Source: Neodothiora populina (taxonomy: Eukaryota). From it: DNA of 64,000 bases. The DNA is taken from contig NW_027191413.1 of assembly GCF_041146345.1 (NCBI RefSeq), positions 2,666,001 through 2,730,000 of the forward strand. The letters are read 5' to 3'. Both the position numbers and the translations under genes were made by a program. The notes below the pieces were generated by a model. The model searched no databases, was not told where the DNA came from, and saw only the letters and a list, made by a program, of their open reading frames with translations. Positions 1-11,650 of the stretch are shown in pieces. Each line of letters opens with the position of its first letter. Within the stretch, counting starts at the first letter, position 1.

Positions 1-2710
1 CAGGCCCCAATAAAATGCCGCATACATGGCGGTGAAGGGCGGCTGAATGTAGAATTTGTGTAAAAGATGTTTGCTGGGCTCCAGGCAGGTACTCCCACAT
101 TCACGCACTGGTTTTGTCACTTCCGGTACCGTTAGTGCATCCATTGCCGCACGAGTTGGTTCCGTTCCTATGGCTGACAACACATGGTCTATCCAGGCAT
201 CGAGAGAAACTACAAGGCAAAGTGTTGTGCTAAGTGGCATCTGCTGAAACAGCGCCTGGACCTGATATCATCAGTAGGAACATGATTGGGGCGTTGAGAT
301 GGCTTACAATGTCTAGGTCACCATTTGCCATGGAGGTATCTTTGGGGTTGTCGCCTGACACACTTTGAGGCTTTTTTCCCATAGCCTTCGCAGATAAGAT
401 AGAGACCTTCTCGGCGTCTAGAATCTGGCGAGATCCCCTACGGCTTCGAGGTTCGAGAGGAAAGTCTGATAAAGAAGCGATGGAGTTCCTGGGGCTACCG
501 AGTTGGTCCCAGGGATCCGATCGATAGTCAGGTCTTTCGAGGCGGCGTTTGTTCATCTCTACAATATGCGACGCCTCGACCAGAGGGATTAGTACAGAGC
601 CATCAGGAGATTGCAAAGGATCAGTAAAGCCTTCCTGTCGGATAGTCTCTGCGAAGGACTTGAACGATTCATCGGAGCACATGCGGAGATCAGCGAGATG
701 CTCGAATGTGCGACCATACTTCCATACGGCCCAAATTATGTTTTCATTCTCTACTATGTCGTCAGTAAGAGCACTGTAGCTTGGATATTGAACACGTACC
801 GTGGCCAGCTTTATGTTCTTCGACAAATGTGTTGATTGCCCTCACGAGGTTGCTTGTGATGACTGTATTCAGCTCGGTGGTCACCAGCGTCCGATCGCGA
901 GAAACCAGATCCAAGACTTGCATCATCTTCAAACTGGTCGCACGGCCTAGTTCCACGACGTATGGTGAGATGTTGACGATTATACCCACGATGGAAGCAG
1001 ACATGGCATTGATTCGTCCGTGATGATCAGGTTTGAGAATGGTACAGAGCCACTGTCTGGTGTCAGCAATAAACTCTAGGGTCCTCTGAGCAAAGACGAA
1101 CATACTGTTAATAAGTAGTCCGCATATGACCCATGGAAGTTCTTTATCTGCATGAACGTAGGCAGGTTGTCGTGGCCTTCGAAAGGCTTGTTCAACGAAG
1201 ATGCATACGCAGGGCTTTCGCTCATAACCTGTAGGCACAGGACGCTGACCCTCACAACGCCTTCCATGCTAGAGTTGGGGTCAAGAATATAGAATAACAG
1301 GAACACAGTTAGCTCGAACTGTCGTCCAGTCTCACAGACGAAAGCGCGAAAGTATTTGTTGCAGTACATGGCTTCCCACAACAGGGGCAGGATTTCATGA
1401 GCCCAGTTCAGGGGTCTTTGAACGATGTGCAGCGCATTGCTGCTCGCTTCCAACTGCAGGTTGAATCAGTATTGCGTGATGTTCGGGAAGAAGGAATTAC
1501 GTACTGGCTGACGCAGTATTTTCGCAATGCCCTCGGCAAGGAACTGCAGATGGGTTGCTTTGTGTAGATGAGAGAACAAATCGCGGAATTTGTTTTGGGG
1601 TGGATGACCCTCCGGGTCGCTCCAAGGAGCGCGATTCAGGAGGTTGACAAGCAGGAAGTGTAAGCAAGTCCGGACATGAGTCTCATGCACCTCCTTCGGA
1701 CTTTCACCGTAGCGGATATATCTCGCATCGGGTTGAAACTTCATGACGGTGTTCAAGAGAGAGCACAGAAGATACTGGACCTTCTTACGGTCGGGATGGT
1801 TAGAGATACACAACACAGCCTCACCTCCGCCAAGGGAGTATTCGCCTGCAGGTCATTCAGCATCGCCTGACGGGGTCATATAGGAGTAACGTCAAAGACT
1901 GCTCACCTGTAGTCATGTATATACTCTTGCTTTCGAGGGTTAGTAACAACTGCAATATTTCTGTCCTTCTACTTTCGAACTCTTTGCTTGTGTCGAGACG
2001 TCGTTCATAAGCGATACCACTTTGCCAGAAGCCATATGTGGGTCCATTTTGACCGTCCAGGTTGGCGGGCAGAGTAAAGCCAGACCAGAAAGCTAAGTCT
2101 AACAGGGAGTCTATGAGCTCAACACCAAGGCATGTGGCAGTCCCAGTGTGAAGACTGGTCGGGGTGCTGTCCGCTACATTCTCACTAGTTGGAGACTCGC
2201 CATGTACAGGCCGGTTGGGTCGCTCTCGATCTCCATCAAGGTGGGTTGGTGCCTTTTCTGACCAGAAAGTCGATCTCTCCCACTCTCTTAAAGCATCAGA
2301 CTCGTAAATGAAAGGAAGGACCCGAGTCAAGATGCGGATGCAGTTCAGAACTTCTTTTCCAGCGCCGGCGTCTTTGTCGGATAATGAATTGGAAGTCCAG
2401 CGCAAATGTATGAGATGTCGGCAGGTCTCAGAGATCAGCGTATCGAGATTGACAAAGGTCTGTGGGTTGTCGCGCATGTTACGAATGTCCGAGGGAGTAA
2501 TGGTCTCGAAGACATGTTCGGCGGTTTCTGGTCTTTCCCAAAACTGAGGGCGCAAGCAACGCAGCAGTCAGCCGATGGTCGAAATTTACATCAAAGGCAC
2601 GAGAAATCGTTTACCGTATGCCAAAACTCCTCAGAGGACGGCGGAATCACAGTGTTTCCAGCCGAGGCCTGAACGATGTTCGATTTGAGATCGCTCTGGA
2701 CGGCCCCCAT
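1..2710 (-). CDS. HID1: HID1/Ecm30-family protein (high-temperature-induced dauer formation-like), divergent; 3' end runs off the window
   Basis: ATG at 2710 (MGAVQSDLK..). Six GT-AG introns join the ORF pieces in frame (first intron 2614-2544). Family-like motifs: LNCIRILTRVLPFIYE, GFWQSGI, LLCSLLNT, FHGSYADYLL, AMGK. The frame is still open at position 1 (..FYWGL). Confidence 0.85.
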
Positions 2711-3820
2711 GTTTGCGCCCGATCTAGCCTATGGTCTCGTGCACATGTGGCAGACGGTGGAGTCTTGAACTTTGCTTATTTGCGCTTCTGATACAGTGGC
2801 AGCAAATCAACAATAGACAAAAAGGGCAACAGCGAGGGTGGTTTAGGCAGCGACCATGGTCAGGCACGTTTGCAGTCAGAGAGGGCAGTCGAGTAATCTG
2901 ATTGTCGGATTGAGGGATTGATGAAAGATTCGAAAGTTGTACTGTATCACGCAATGAAGCAAAAGTGGCGGCGCAATCGGGCAGTGGTACAGCAGTATCA
3001 GAGAAAATACATGCAGTCCTTGACGTTGGAGGAAAATATCCCTAACCAATGGCGCAGTGTGCTTTCTACGGTAGGGTAGAGCAAGTCACGAAATGTAGTG
3101 GAGATGCGATGTGTGACGCAGTTGCACGCGCCTGGCCATTTGTTCCGCCTTAACAGTACAGTAGGTACCTTAGGACCCGTAATAGTCGAATAAAAGCCGA
3201 ACCGGTAAGGCACCGCACTGTACCTTTACTGTGCTGCACTATCCCTATAACGATTCTTTAACTATGCGCTACTGGATTTCTGCCGGAACAGTTTAACCCA
3301 AGGGTCCTCCCCCAGTTGTCCCACAGACCCAAACTATATTCGGCATGGCCGCCTCCCCCTCTCACATAATTTCAGCCTGGCGAATCTGTTTCTTCTGACT
3401 TGTGGAGTGTGGGTGGCTTGCTCCACGTTGTGTACCTACTTCGCACCTCGCACTTCACACATCGCTTTCACTTGGCATTTCTTGGCACTGTTCGCCCCGA
3501 GCAGAACACCGCCTGCAGCAATACCCGATATAGCATTTTATGTTGGAGTAGTACTCGTACAGCATCACTCATTGGATCAAGTTGTTATCGTCCAGCATTG
3601 TGCCTTTTTCACAGCCTTTGATACTCGTTTGATTATTGCCGCTTCTGCTGCTGCCTTCATCGCCTTCTCTTGTTGCCCTCGATTTATTGCTATTGACACT
3701 GTCTGCCACTTGGCGTCGAGAACTAATCGTCTGATATTGCAGATCTGAGCATTACTTAGTCTTCGATTCCAAAACCACGAGCAATTTTCAATCGATTCTA
3801 GCCTCGTCCCAGTCGCTGAG

Positions 3821-5173
3821 ATGGACCCTTCCTCCTTCGATATCACATGGCGGGAGGACAATCCTGGCATTAGATCTGCCGGATTCGACCTCCTTACATC
3901 CTTATTAAAAACGCAGCTTCCTGCACAAGTCATAAACGGTCTGAAGCCACTGGTCATAAGTATTGCACGAGATCGTGAATCAAGCCAAAGTCCAGAGGTC
4001 GCCTAGTTTTATACATGCTTGGTTGTACACTTGCTAAACTATTCGCAGTTTGTAAAGTGTGTGGCGAGGATTTCGACTCATATTGTCTCTTCACGGCCTC
4101 GCACACTTGCATTTGGTCGTTATCTCGTGAAGCTGATTGACCTATATGCTCCTTCAATGGGAGGAGACGCCGTCTATCAGGCTCAACTGTCAATACGTTT
4201 TCTTCACCTCGTAGTTGCTGTCTTCGCATATACGCAACGGGCTTCGACAAAGCTAGGCACGCTAGATCGGGCGTCTCCTGCCCTTTCATTTGCCGAAAAC
4301 ATCTCTGGTCATGCTATCCAATTGATGACATTGGCTTCACCTCGTAGCTCTGTTGCGGCTGGCCCTATCTATGTTCAAGTCAGCTCTCTTCTCGAAGCGT
4401 GGACCACAGCCGGCCTCCTAAGCAAAAGTCTGAGAGTCAAGCTACGCTATGTGAATCGAACATCCTACAATGCTTGGCTTACCTGGATGAGTAGCGCAGA
4501 TCTCAGATCGTATGAGAAGATCAAATATTCAGCACCTGGACGACACACTCACACAACACCGGAATCAACCGACGATGTCTGGTATAACGGACCAGTCACC
4601 TCGATGATACCTCACATCACTGGACTCACCCCGATCAGAACTTCGGACATTGATCCATCACCACCTTGTGCTTCAGGTGTTGATCCCGAAATTGCATCTG
4701 TGGTTTCGAAACATCTGAACGAAGTGGCAAAAGTCTTCGCGGAGCCCAATGCTGCTCGTTTCACATCAGGTGATGCAGTTACTCTAGACGGTCTGGGTCA
4801 GCCTATCACCCTCGATGCTACCACCAAAAAGCGCAAGCGTGACGTTCCAGCTTATTACGGTATGACCGAAGCATGTGCAACGAGGTTCCAACGCGCCAGA
4901 AAAGAATTGCCAGAGCTTGTGAAAGTAGCAGAGATAACTTCACGGGCTCCATACTCGTCTCGAAACATGCCTCCACCAATGGAAGACCCCAGCCAGAGAT
5001 ATCCTGGAGCGTTCCCGCCGCCGCAATTTTCGGGCCCACCGCGCGGTGGTCAGGGAGCGGGCGCATGGTCGAACGCTGGCGACACTCGCCAATTTGGCAA
5101 CCGCGGAGGTAGTTGGAGAGGGTCAGGAGCACCGCGCGGTAGGTCACGAGGCGGGCCTGGTGGCTGGCGCTGA
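3821..5173 (+). CDS. CID/RPR-domain protein with CHERP-like middle region and RGG tail, divergent
   Basis: ORF 3821-4006 plus 384-aa ORF, joined by a probable intron near 3998-4048 (atypical donor). Helical N-terminus (RFLHLVVAV..LLEAWTT), motifs WYNGPVTSMIPHI, LDGLGQP, YYGMTEAC, and a Pro/RGG-rich C-terminus. Confidence 0.6.
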
Positions 5174-5563
5174 AGCACTTCATTGCTTGGTGGATTCAAG
5201 CTTCCTCACGACGAACTTTCGTGATGGAACATCGGAGATGCGCATTACGCTCAGGGAAGAATTGGTAGATGTGCATGAGTGCACCCCATACACGAAGCTC
5301 GACATAAGTTTATGGCTAGCTACAGCTTGCGAGGAACAAGGCACGCCCTCAATCACCTCGTTTCCTTCAGTACGGACAACGCTTCTTCTATCGATAGCTG
5401 TAGCAGCGTTAAAACTGGCTTCGACATGGATAACCCGATATACATCTCGATCCAGGGTCGTAGATATCGAAAAGCAATTTTATGATCTATCTTCCGCATG
5501 ATTGCAGCAATTGCGACTAGTTGAAAATGCTACCTTGATCGGTTTCGTTCACCAACGAAATTG

Positions 5564-6918
5564 TCAACTCGCTTGACCAAGAACGAGGATGTCCCCACTG
5601 ACACTACGACTGTACAGGCTGCTACTTGTAGATCTGATCCTCACCTCGCTACTGGACACAGCTAGACCTCCCACAGTCGAGCAGATGCGTGATGGTGGTT
5701 CTAGCGACAGAGCTGCTCTCGTTCGTGGCAGGACAGTCTTTTTCCGTCTATGATCGCCTGTGAAACTGTCGCAGGATCTTGCAATCCTCAAAGATGCTCG
5801 GTCGCTGCCCGTCACCCCTGCTCCGCGCGAGTCGTGTCGCTTGTGTGCAAAATGAGCAGGTAAAGGTGGAAGAGGCAGAGGCTGTGGATCGAGTGGGCAT
5901 ACTACAGTCGTAGCTGATCTTATCGATGCCAGTGATGGTCTCGCGGATAGGAGAGAGGGGCCCCTCGCATGGATCGAGGTCCTTGAGGTGGGCGCCCTCG
6001 AGCTGTTGGCCGCCTTCTCGAGCTCTGAAGCCCTGTCAGAGCTTGGAGACAATGAGTCGATAACAGTCAGAGAAGAAGACGAGCGGCATTTGAATGACAA
6101 TGACGAGGCGTTCAAGTGCAGTGCTGGCGATGATAGCTGTATGCCCGCGCTTCGCATCGAATTTCATGCAAATGTGATCCTCGTATCCCTTCTCCAGACA
6201 GGCCGGCTGCAAACGGATCGTTTGAAAGCACCACGATGATTGTCAACAAAGCAGAAGCAAGTCTATGGGTATTGTTAGTCAGTCCAATGCTCTTCAAATG
6301 TCCATGCACACCACTCACAAAGCAAGCAGTCCAGCGGCAAGACCACACCGCTGTAACATACACGTCCGACCACCCCGCCACATGTCGTTTCTACTTTCGT
6401 CCATCACAACAGTTCCCTTTCTCGATCCTTCGCAGAAAGGTTGCTGTATCACAGTCAGAGTGATCATGACACCACAACTCCCAAGCCATGCCGCTATCAC
6501 GAAACATATGAGCGTAATGCAAAGTGATCGCAGAATCGGCATCGCTCGGTGCGTCCAGCCGGCCCACGGATGTGTTTGTAGGCTCGAGGTTGTCCCATGG
6601 AGGAAGCAGTACGACAGTGATGCTCCGGACTACAAAGGATTTGCTGTTAGCGAATTGTTAGGAATGTCGGAAGGAACACCTACAGAAGCGAGCAAGAAAA
6701 CCTCGGGCATCATCAACGAGGGGTCGATATGTGTCACCGTCAACAAAGAGATATGCAATGCTCACGATCACGAATACGCTCGCCCACAGCAGTGTATGCA
6801 ACGCCACGACAGTGAGGATCCAGCATAATCTTCCTTTGGCTGTCTTCTCCGTCATGCGTGTATGAACGGTATGTGAAGGGGTAACCATTGACTCTTCATC
6901 TTCATTCACGGTGTTCAT
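5564..6918 (-). pseudogene. Hypothetical ~4-TM membrane protein gene with Ser-rich tail, apparently frameshifted twice
   Basis: Hydrophobic segments in ORFs 6658-6918, 6315-6542 and 6112-6381, with canonical introns (GTAGGT..GCTAAC..TAG; GTGAGT..ACTAAC..TAG). Phases are only consistent with frameshifts near ~6755 and ~6165. Confidence 0.45.
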
Positions 6919-9600
6919 GTTGTGATACGCCGCAGGAGAATTGTCTGGTTTTGCAAGAGACCGAGAAAGATGCGAAAGATTGAAGGCAAGTGTGTGTTCC
7001 TTAGCACGTATATATACACCTACAATGTTTTTCGTTTACATCACAGCCTCGAGCAAGGGGAGTCCAGACAAGCACGATTCTGCATCGAGAGGGCTGGAAC
7101 ATGTGCTTTGCAAAGTCGTGTCACATCATGTCGCGCGCAATCGAGCGTGTCTGGTAGACCGCGAATGGACGTGATGCCAGGTCTTTTTAGGTCGTGTTGA
7201 CTGGAATGTATCAAAGCAAGGGGTGGAATGGACTTGAAGGACGCGACACGCGAGGTCGCGAGGGACTGATGCCATGAATCCTCCAGCGTCTGAGTCGAGG
7301 TAAGGTAGGACACAACAGATGGGTTTCAGATACATCCTGAACATCTTGTACTCTGTTGATGCTGCTATACTGTACTTCCTTTCTTAACTTGTTTTGGATA
7401 TTCACGAAGAGGTCATTGACGAATCTGCTGTGATTAAGGAGCGGTCTACGTTTCTCACGTCAATCAACTCGAAAGTTATTGCTGCCTCGCAAATCGCCAA
7501 ATCCTTAGACGCCTTTGTACAAGCCATAGCGTACATATCATACAAGGACCCCAATAGCGTTTTGCATATTCGATATGACGGTGATTTAGAGCAAGTTCCA
7601 AGAGCGCAGGCTTGAAGACAGCGATCAGGGACAGGGTCGCCCTCACGATTCAACTTGTGAACATTCCAGCACCATTCATAAGTCAAGAGAAAATGACAAA
7701 AGATACATCTTCAAGACCTGTAAACCAAACAGACCGTCTCGAAACATCACATCACATCACATCACATACAGAGAGTACAGTACTGAAACCCAAAACCACA
7801 GACCTCCCAAGGCGGTCCCTTCCCTCGTCAATGACATATTATATGACATATGCCACACCTCGCACCCGCACAGTAGCCCGCCCGCGAAACGAATCGATCA
7901 ACAGCGCAAAAGCGGTCAAGTTGCGTCTCCGTACAGTACAAGCATCGAAGGGGAGAACCCCCCAAGAAAGAAAAGAAAAAAGGTGGGGAAATACAGCAAA
8001 GGCCGGCCAGGGGAAATTAATCAAGGACTATCGCAATACCCACACTCCGCTCTGCTCCACCCCACTTGCGATACTGTACGGTACAGTACGGAGCAGTCGA
8101 ATACTGTAGTCGGCTGCGTTTCTTTTTGTCTTCGCACGCACTGGCTCAGGCACCCGAGCGTAAGTGCGAGCACGGGTACAGGCACAGGTGCAGTAGATCT
8201 CGAGTAGGGCGGCCTGATGGGCTGCTTGGCTACCTTGTGCTAGATAGATCCGCGTATGTCTACTACTGTACTGCGTTCAACATCGTAATAATGTACAATT
8301 ACGCGAGAGCAGTAGCAGTAGCAACAGTACAAGACAACCAAAAGACAGACAATATGGCACTGCTGAGTAGAGATATTGTGTCTTCAAGACTTTGAGCGTG
8401 GTGCACTGCACGTGCTGTACCTTGTATTTTACTGTACAGTAGAAGTAGCGAGGGCAGTAGCAGTACTGTAGTGACGGAAGCGAAGAACAAGCAAAAGACG
8501 GGGCTGGGCTGGGCTGGGCTTGGTTGAGCTACCTTACTGTGCTGCTGCAGTTACGGTTTGCAAGGTATCACACTACACAGAACAAAGTTGCCTTATCCTA
8601 CAGCACCTTGGACGGGGCCTTTTGCGTGCAGAGCATTTAGCTGAATGGCTGGCACGGTTGGGTTGAAAGTGCCTCGAGGCAGCTTTGTACAGAGAACAAA
8701 GAGCACCTCATGCTTTTCTAGCATGGCTGGTTCCCACTCGAGGCTTGGAAGCCGCTTGCGTGTGCGCACTGAGTCTCAGTTCTCGGGCCCTCTCTACTCA
8801 CCTCAAGAGTTCAGATCGCTCAACAACTTCATCCGCCCGTATATGTATGGCGGGGGGCTGGCGGGCGGTAGGGAAATGTAATTTGATCGAGTCGTCCGTG
8901 CACACTGCACTTACGCTTTGGTGCCCGTGGTTTACCTTGTGATTAGAACCCCGAGCTTTCCCACTGAGCCATGGCGGATAATAAATCCCTCAAGGTGATT
9001 GACAGAAGGGAACGAAACGCCAAGTCAGTCAAGCAAGCAAGCAGTCAGTCCACAAGTCACATTTCCATTAGCATACAACAAATATGGCAGCACAAGCGAA
9101 GAGAGAAAGGCACAGAGTTGTAATAAGTTTTTGACGACGAAAAAGATCGCATTGCCATAATGTTACCATTTCTTTCGCCCTTGATGTAAGATTATAAAAA
9201 AAGTTGTTCCCTTCCTTCCCCAAGTTACATGGTAAAAGTCAGGTCGGGCTTTCGTAGGTAGTAGTAATATAAACAACCAGGAATTGATCTTCTTAGTACC
9301 CCATTACGCAGTCAATGGGAATCAATCCCACATTAAAAAAGAAAAGAAAAATATCCACCTCACATCGTAATCGTTCCTCCATTGGCAAAATGGCTTTCCT
9401 CAAGACATAAGAGGGGTTGGACATGAGGGTAGTAAGTCGGTGAGTGACAGGAGAGGATGGTTTCTAGCCACAGAAATCGGGAGTAGCGTCCAGTGCTTTT
9501 CTCTCTCTGGCATGCACGTTTAAAACGTCGAAGCTTTTCGTTCAATTTCCCTCCCAGGAATTTGGCCCGATGTAAATTATTGAAAAGGCACATGATGTAT

Positions 9601-10290
9601 CTACAAGTACATGCCGGCAAGACCAAGGGCCATGGCAGCAAGACCACCAACCTCCTTGACGCCACGACGGCCGGCAGCGTTGTCAGAAGAAGAGGAAGAG
9701 GTGTTGGGGAGACCGTCAGTGGTGACGACGGTGGAGGTGATGGTGAAGTATTGAGATTGAGCAGCGTGGATGTGGTTCTCCGAGGTGTAAGTGGTGGTGT
9801 AGGTGCTCTTCTTGACGTCGAGGACGGTGACGCGACCGGTGGGGGTGGAGAAGCTCTGCTGGTCGCTCTGGCCGGAGGTGGACTTGACGACGGACTCGAT
9901 CAGGAGAGTAGGGGACTGAGCAGCGTGGGTGGGGTTCTCGGTGATGTAGTAGTAAGTGGTGGTGTAGACGCGGGTCGAGGTAGGCTCCTCGTCATCGTCG
10001 CTGGAAGAGCTGCTGGCGCTGGACGAGGCTGCAGCCGAGGTGACGGAAGCCGAGGAGGTCATGGACGAGCTGCTGCTGGCAGAAGCGGACGAAGAGGAAG
10101 AAGCAGAGGAAGCGGACGAGGAGGAAGCCGACTCGGAACCGCTGCTGCTGCTGCCGCTGGAAGTGACGGACCTCAGGGACGAAGCGGCCTCGGTGGCAGC
10201 AGACGAGGCGGCGCTCTCGGCGGAGGACTGAGCAAAGGCGGTAGAGCCGAATGCTGCGACAGCGGCGAGGAGAACAGTCTGGAAACGCAT
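9601..10290 (-). CDS. Secreted Ser/Thr-rich, probably GPI-anchored cell-wall protein
   Basis: Signal peptide MRFQTVLLAAVAAFGSTAFA, poly-Ser tract, omega-site-like DNAAG followed by a hydrophobic tail (VGGLAAMALGLAGMYL). Strong C-ending codon bias. Confidence 0.9.
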   Translation of the reverse strand: MRFQTVLLAAVAAFGSTAFAQSSAESAASSAATEAASSLRSVTSSGSSSSGSESASSSSASSASSSSSASASSSSSMTSSASVTSAAASSSASSSSSDDDEEPTSTRVYTTTYYYITENPTHAAQSPTLLIESVVKSTSGQSDQQSFSTPTGRVTVLDVKKSTYTTTYTSENHIHAAQSQYFTITSTVVTTDGLPNTSSSSSDNAAGRRGVKEVGGLAAMALGLAGMYL

Positions 10291-11578
10291 CTTGACCGGG
10301 ATTAAAAGACCGACTTTCTGGATTGGGAGGGAGGGATTGAAAGTTGGGCGATTAGGACGTGGGTGCGAGGAGAAACTGGACGTGGGCAAAGATCTTCTAC
10401 ACGGGCGAGCCTTCCTTTTGGATGTTGGCCTTTTAAAGCTTGACCTTAGACTTCTGCGCTTGCGGTCACTGGCGTACGCGATTCCGACATGGCTGCCGCA
10501 GGTTCCGTATTACCTCTACTCCTCCATTGGGTAGGTATGCGCATGACTACGCGTGATGTGATTGGTTGACATGTCGCTGCGTGATTTTTGTCTACCGAAA
10601 TTTACCAACGTCCGGACGCTTGAAGCGCTGCGGCATCTGTGCATTTGCTGAAACCCCCCTGTCAAAAAAAAGACTTGGTTCACAACCACCCCAAGAGCAA
10701 GCCCGGCAGCATGTTTGTTTATTTCGTCTCATCCTCGTCGCCCAGCATCGGCGCAGGCCAATGTCGTCGGCGGATAGAACCGTTGGCCAAGCAATATTAT
10801 TATCATGAGCAGCAGGCTCTCATCATTTCAAATTTCCTGTCTCTCGCCTCGAAAGCAGAGATGAATGCAATTGATGCAAACTTGACCAAACCGATCTCTC
10901 GGTGCGCACTGTACAGTACCTGGACTTTGTCTCAATCCTCGGTGCGGCCGTCGTGGAAATGAGTGTGAGCGAAATAAAAGCGAGCTTTATTGCCGAAGAA
11001 CCGCGTATTGAATCCTCCACCTACGACAGAGTCGAGTGACATGTTTCTTTTCTTTCGGGAGGAAAGTGAGCCTCAATGGTTCTGCTAGCTAATACTGCTC
11101 TGCGGAAAGGTCGGTTGGAGGACGGGTAGTTTCTGACCATGTTTCTGCCCTCTCGGCCAACCAGTCGGCACGCTGGCGGAACGAGAGGTTGTGTCAAATC
11201 GGAAGGGAAGGGTCTTTTTTGAAACCACGGGTCAACCGACCCTGCCGATTCAACATCATTCGTGCCTACCTAGGTACCTATCCCGCCATCTTCCTCCACT
11301 GTTCTGCCCCAGCTTCTGATAGATAGACGACTTACGAAGACGGCCCGAAAAGCTGAGGCCCGGCCAAGCCTGCAACTCGAGTGATCTGATGCCGTGACTT
11401 CCAGCGTGTGCCATGGGGGTGAGAAGAGATCTGTGTCGCAAGTGACGGCAGAGAAGTCCGTGTGCCATGATGGCGGCCTGCATGCATGCCTGCACAGATA
11501 AGGTCGGGTAAGGCAGACGGTGCATGCATAGACGACACAGGGCCAAAAATTAAACCAATCGAATTCTTTTCATGGAAT

Positions 11579-11650
11579 TGAACCACACCTGATTTGAACA
11601 GGTAACCTTCTGGACTGGAATCAGACGCGCTACCATTGCGCCAGCGGTCC
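11579..11650 (-). tRNA. tRNA-Trp(CCA), intron-less
   Basis: GGACCGC TG GCGC AATGGTA GCGC G TCTGA TTCCAGT CCAGA AGGTT ACCTG TTCAAAT CAGGT GTGGTTC A folds into a 72-nt cloverleaf with A and B boxes. T5 Pol III terminator at 11549-11545. Confidence 0.93.

Noticed and set aside
7394..7615. 73-aa protein-like ORF
   Set aside because: Non-ATG start, no motif or clear exon structure; possible relic but unsupported.
8688..8730. U6 snRNA-like words TACAGAGAA and TAGCATGGC
   Set aside because: Wrong spacing, and the rest of U6 is missing. No telomerase template or convincing RNase P/MRP P4 helix was seen either.
9493..10305. 270-aa + strand ORF
   Set aside because: Antisense shadow of the codon-biased GPI protein gene. 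The same applies to long antisense ORFs over FBA1, SRP54, CDC12 and ROT2.
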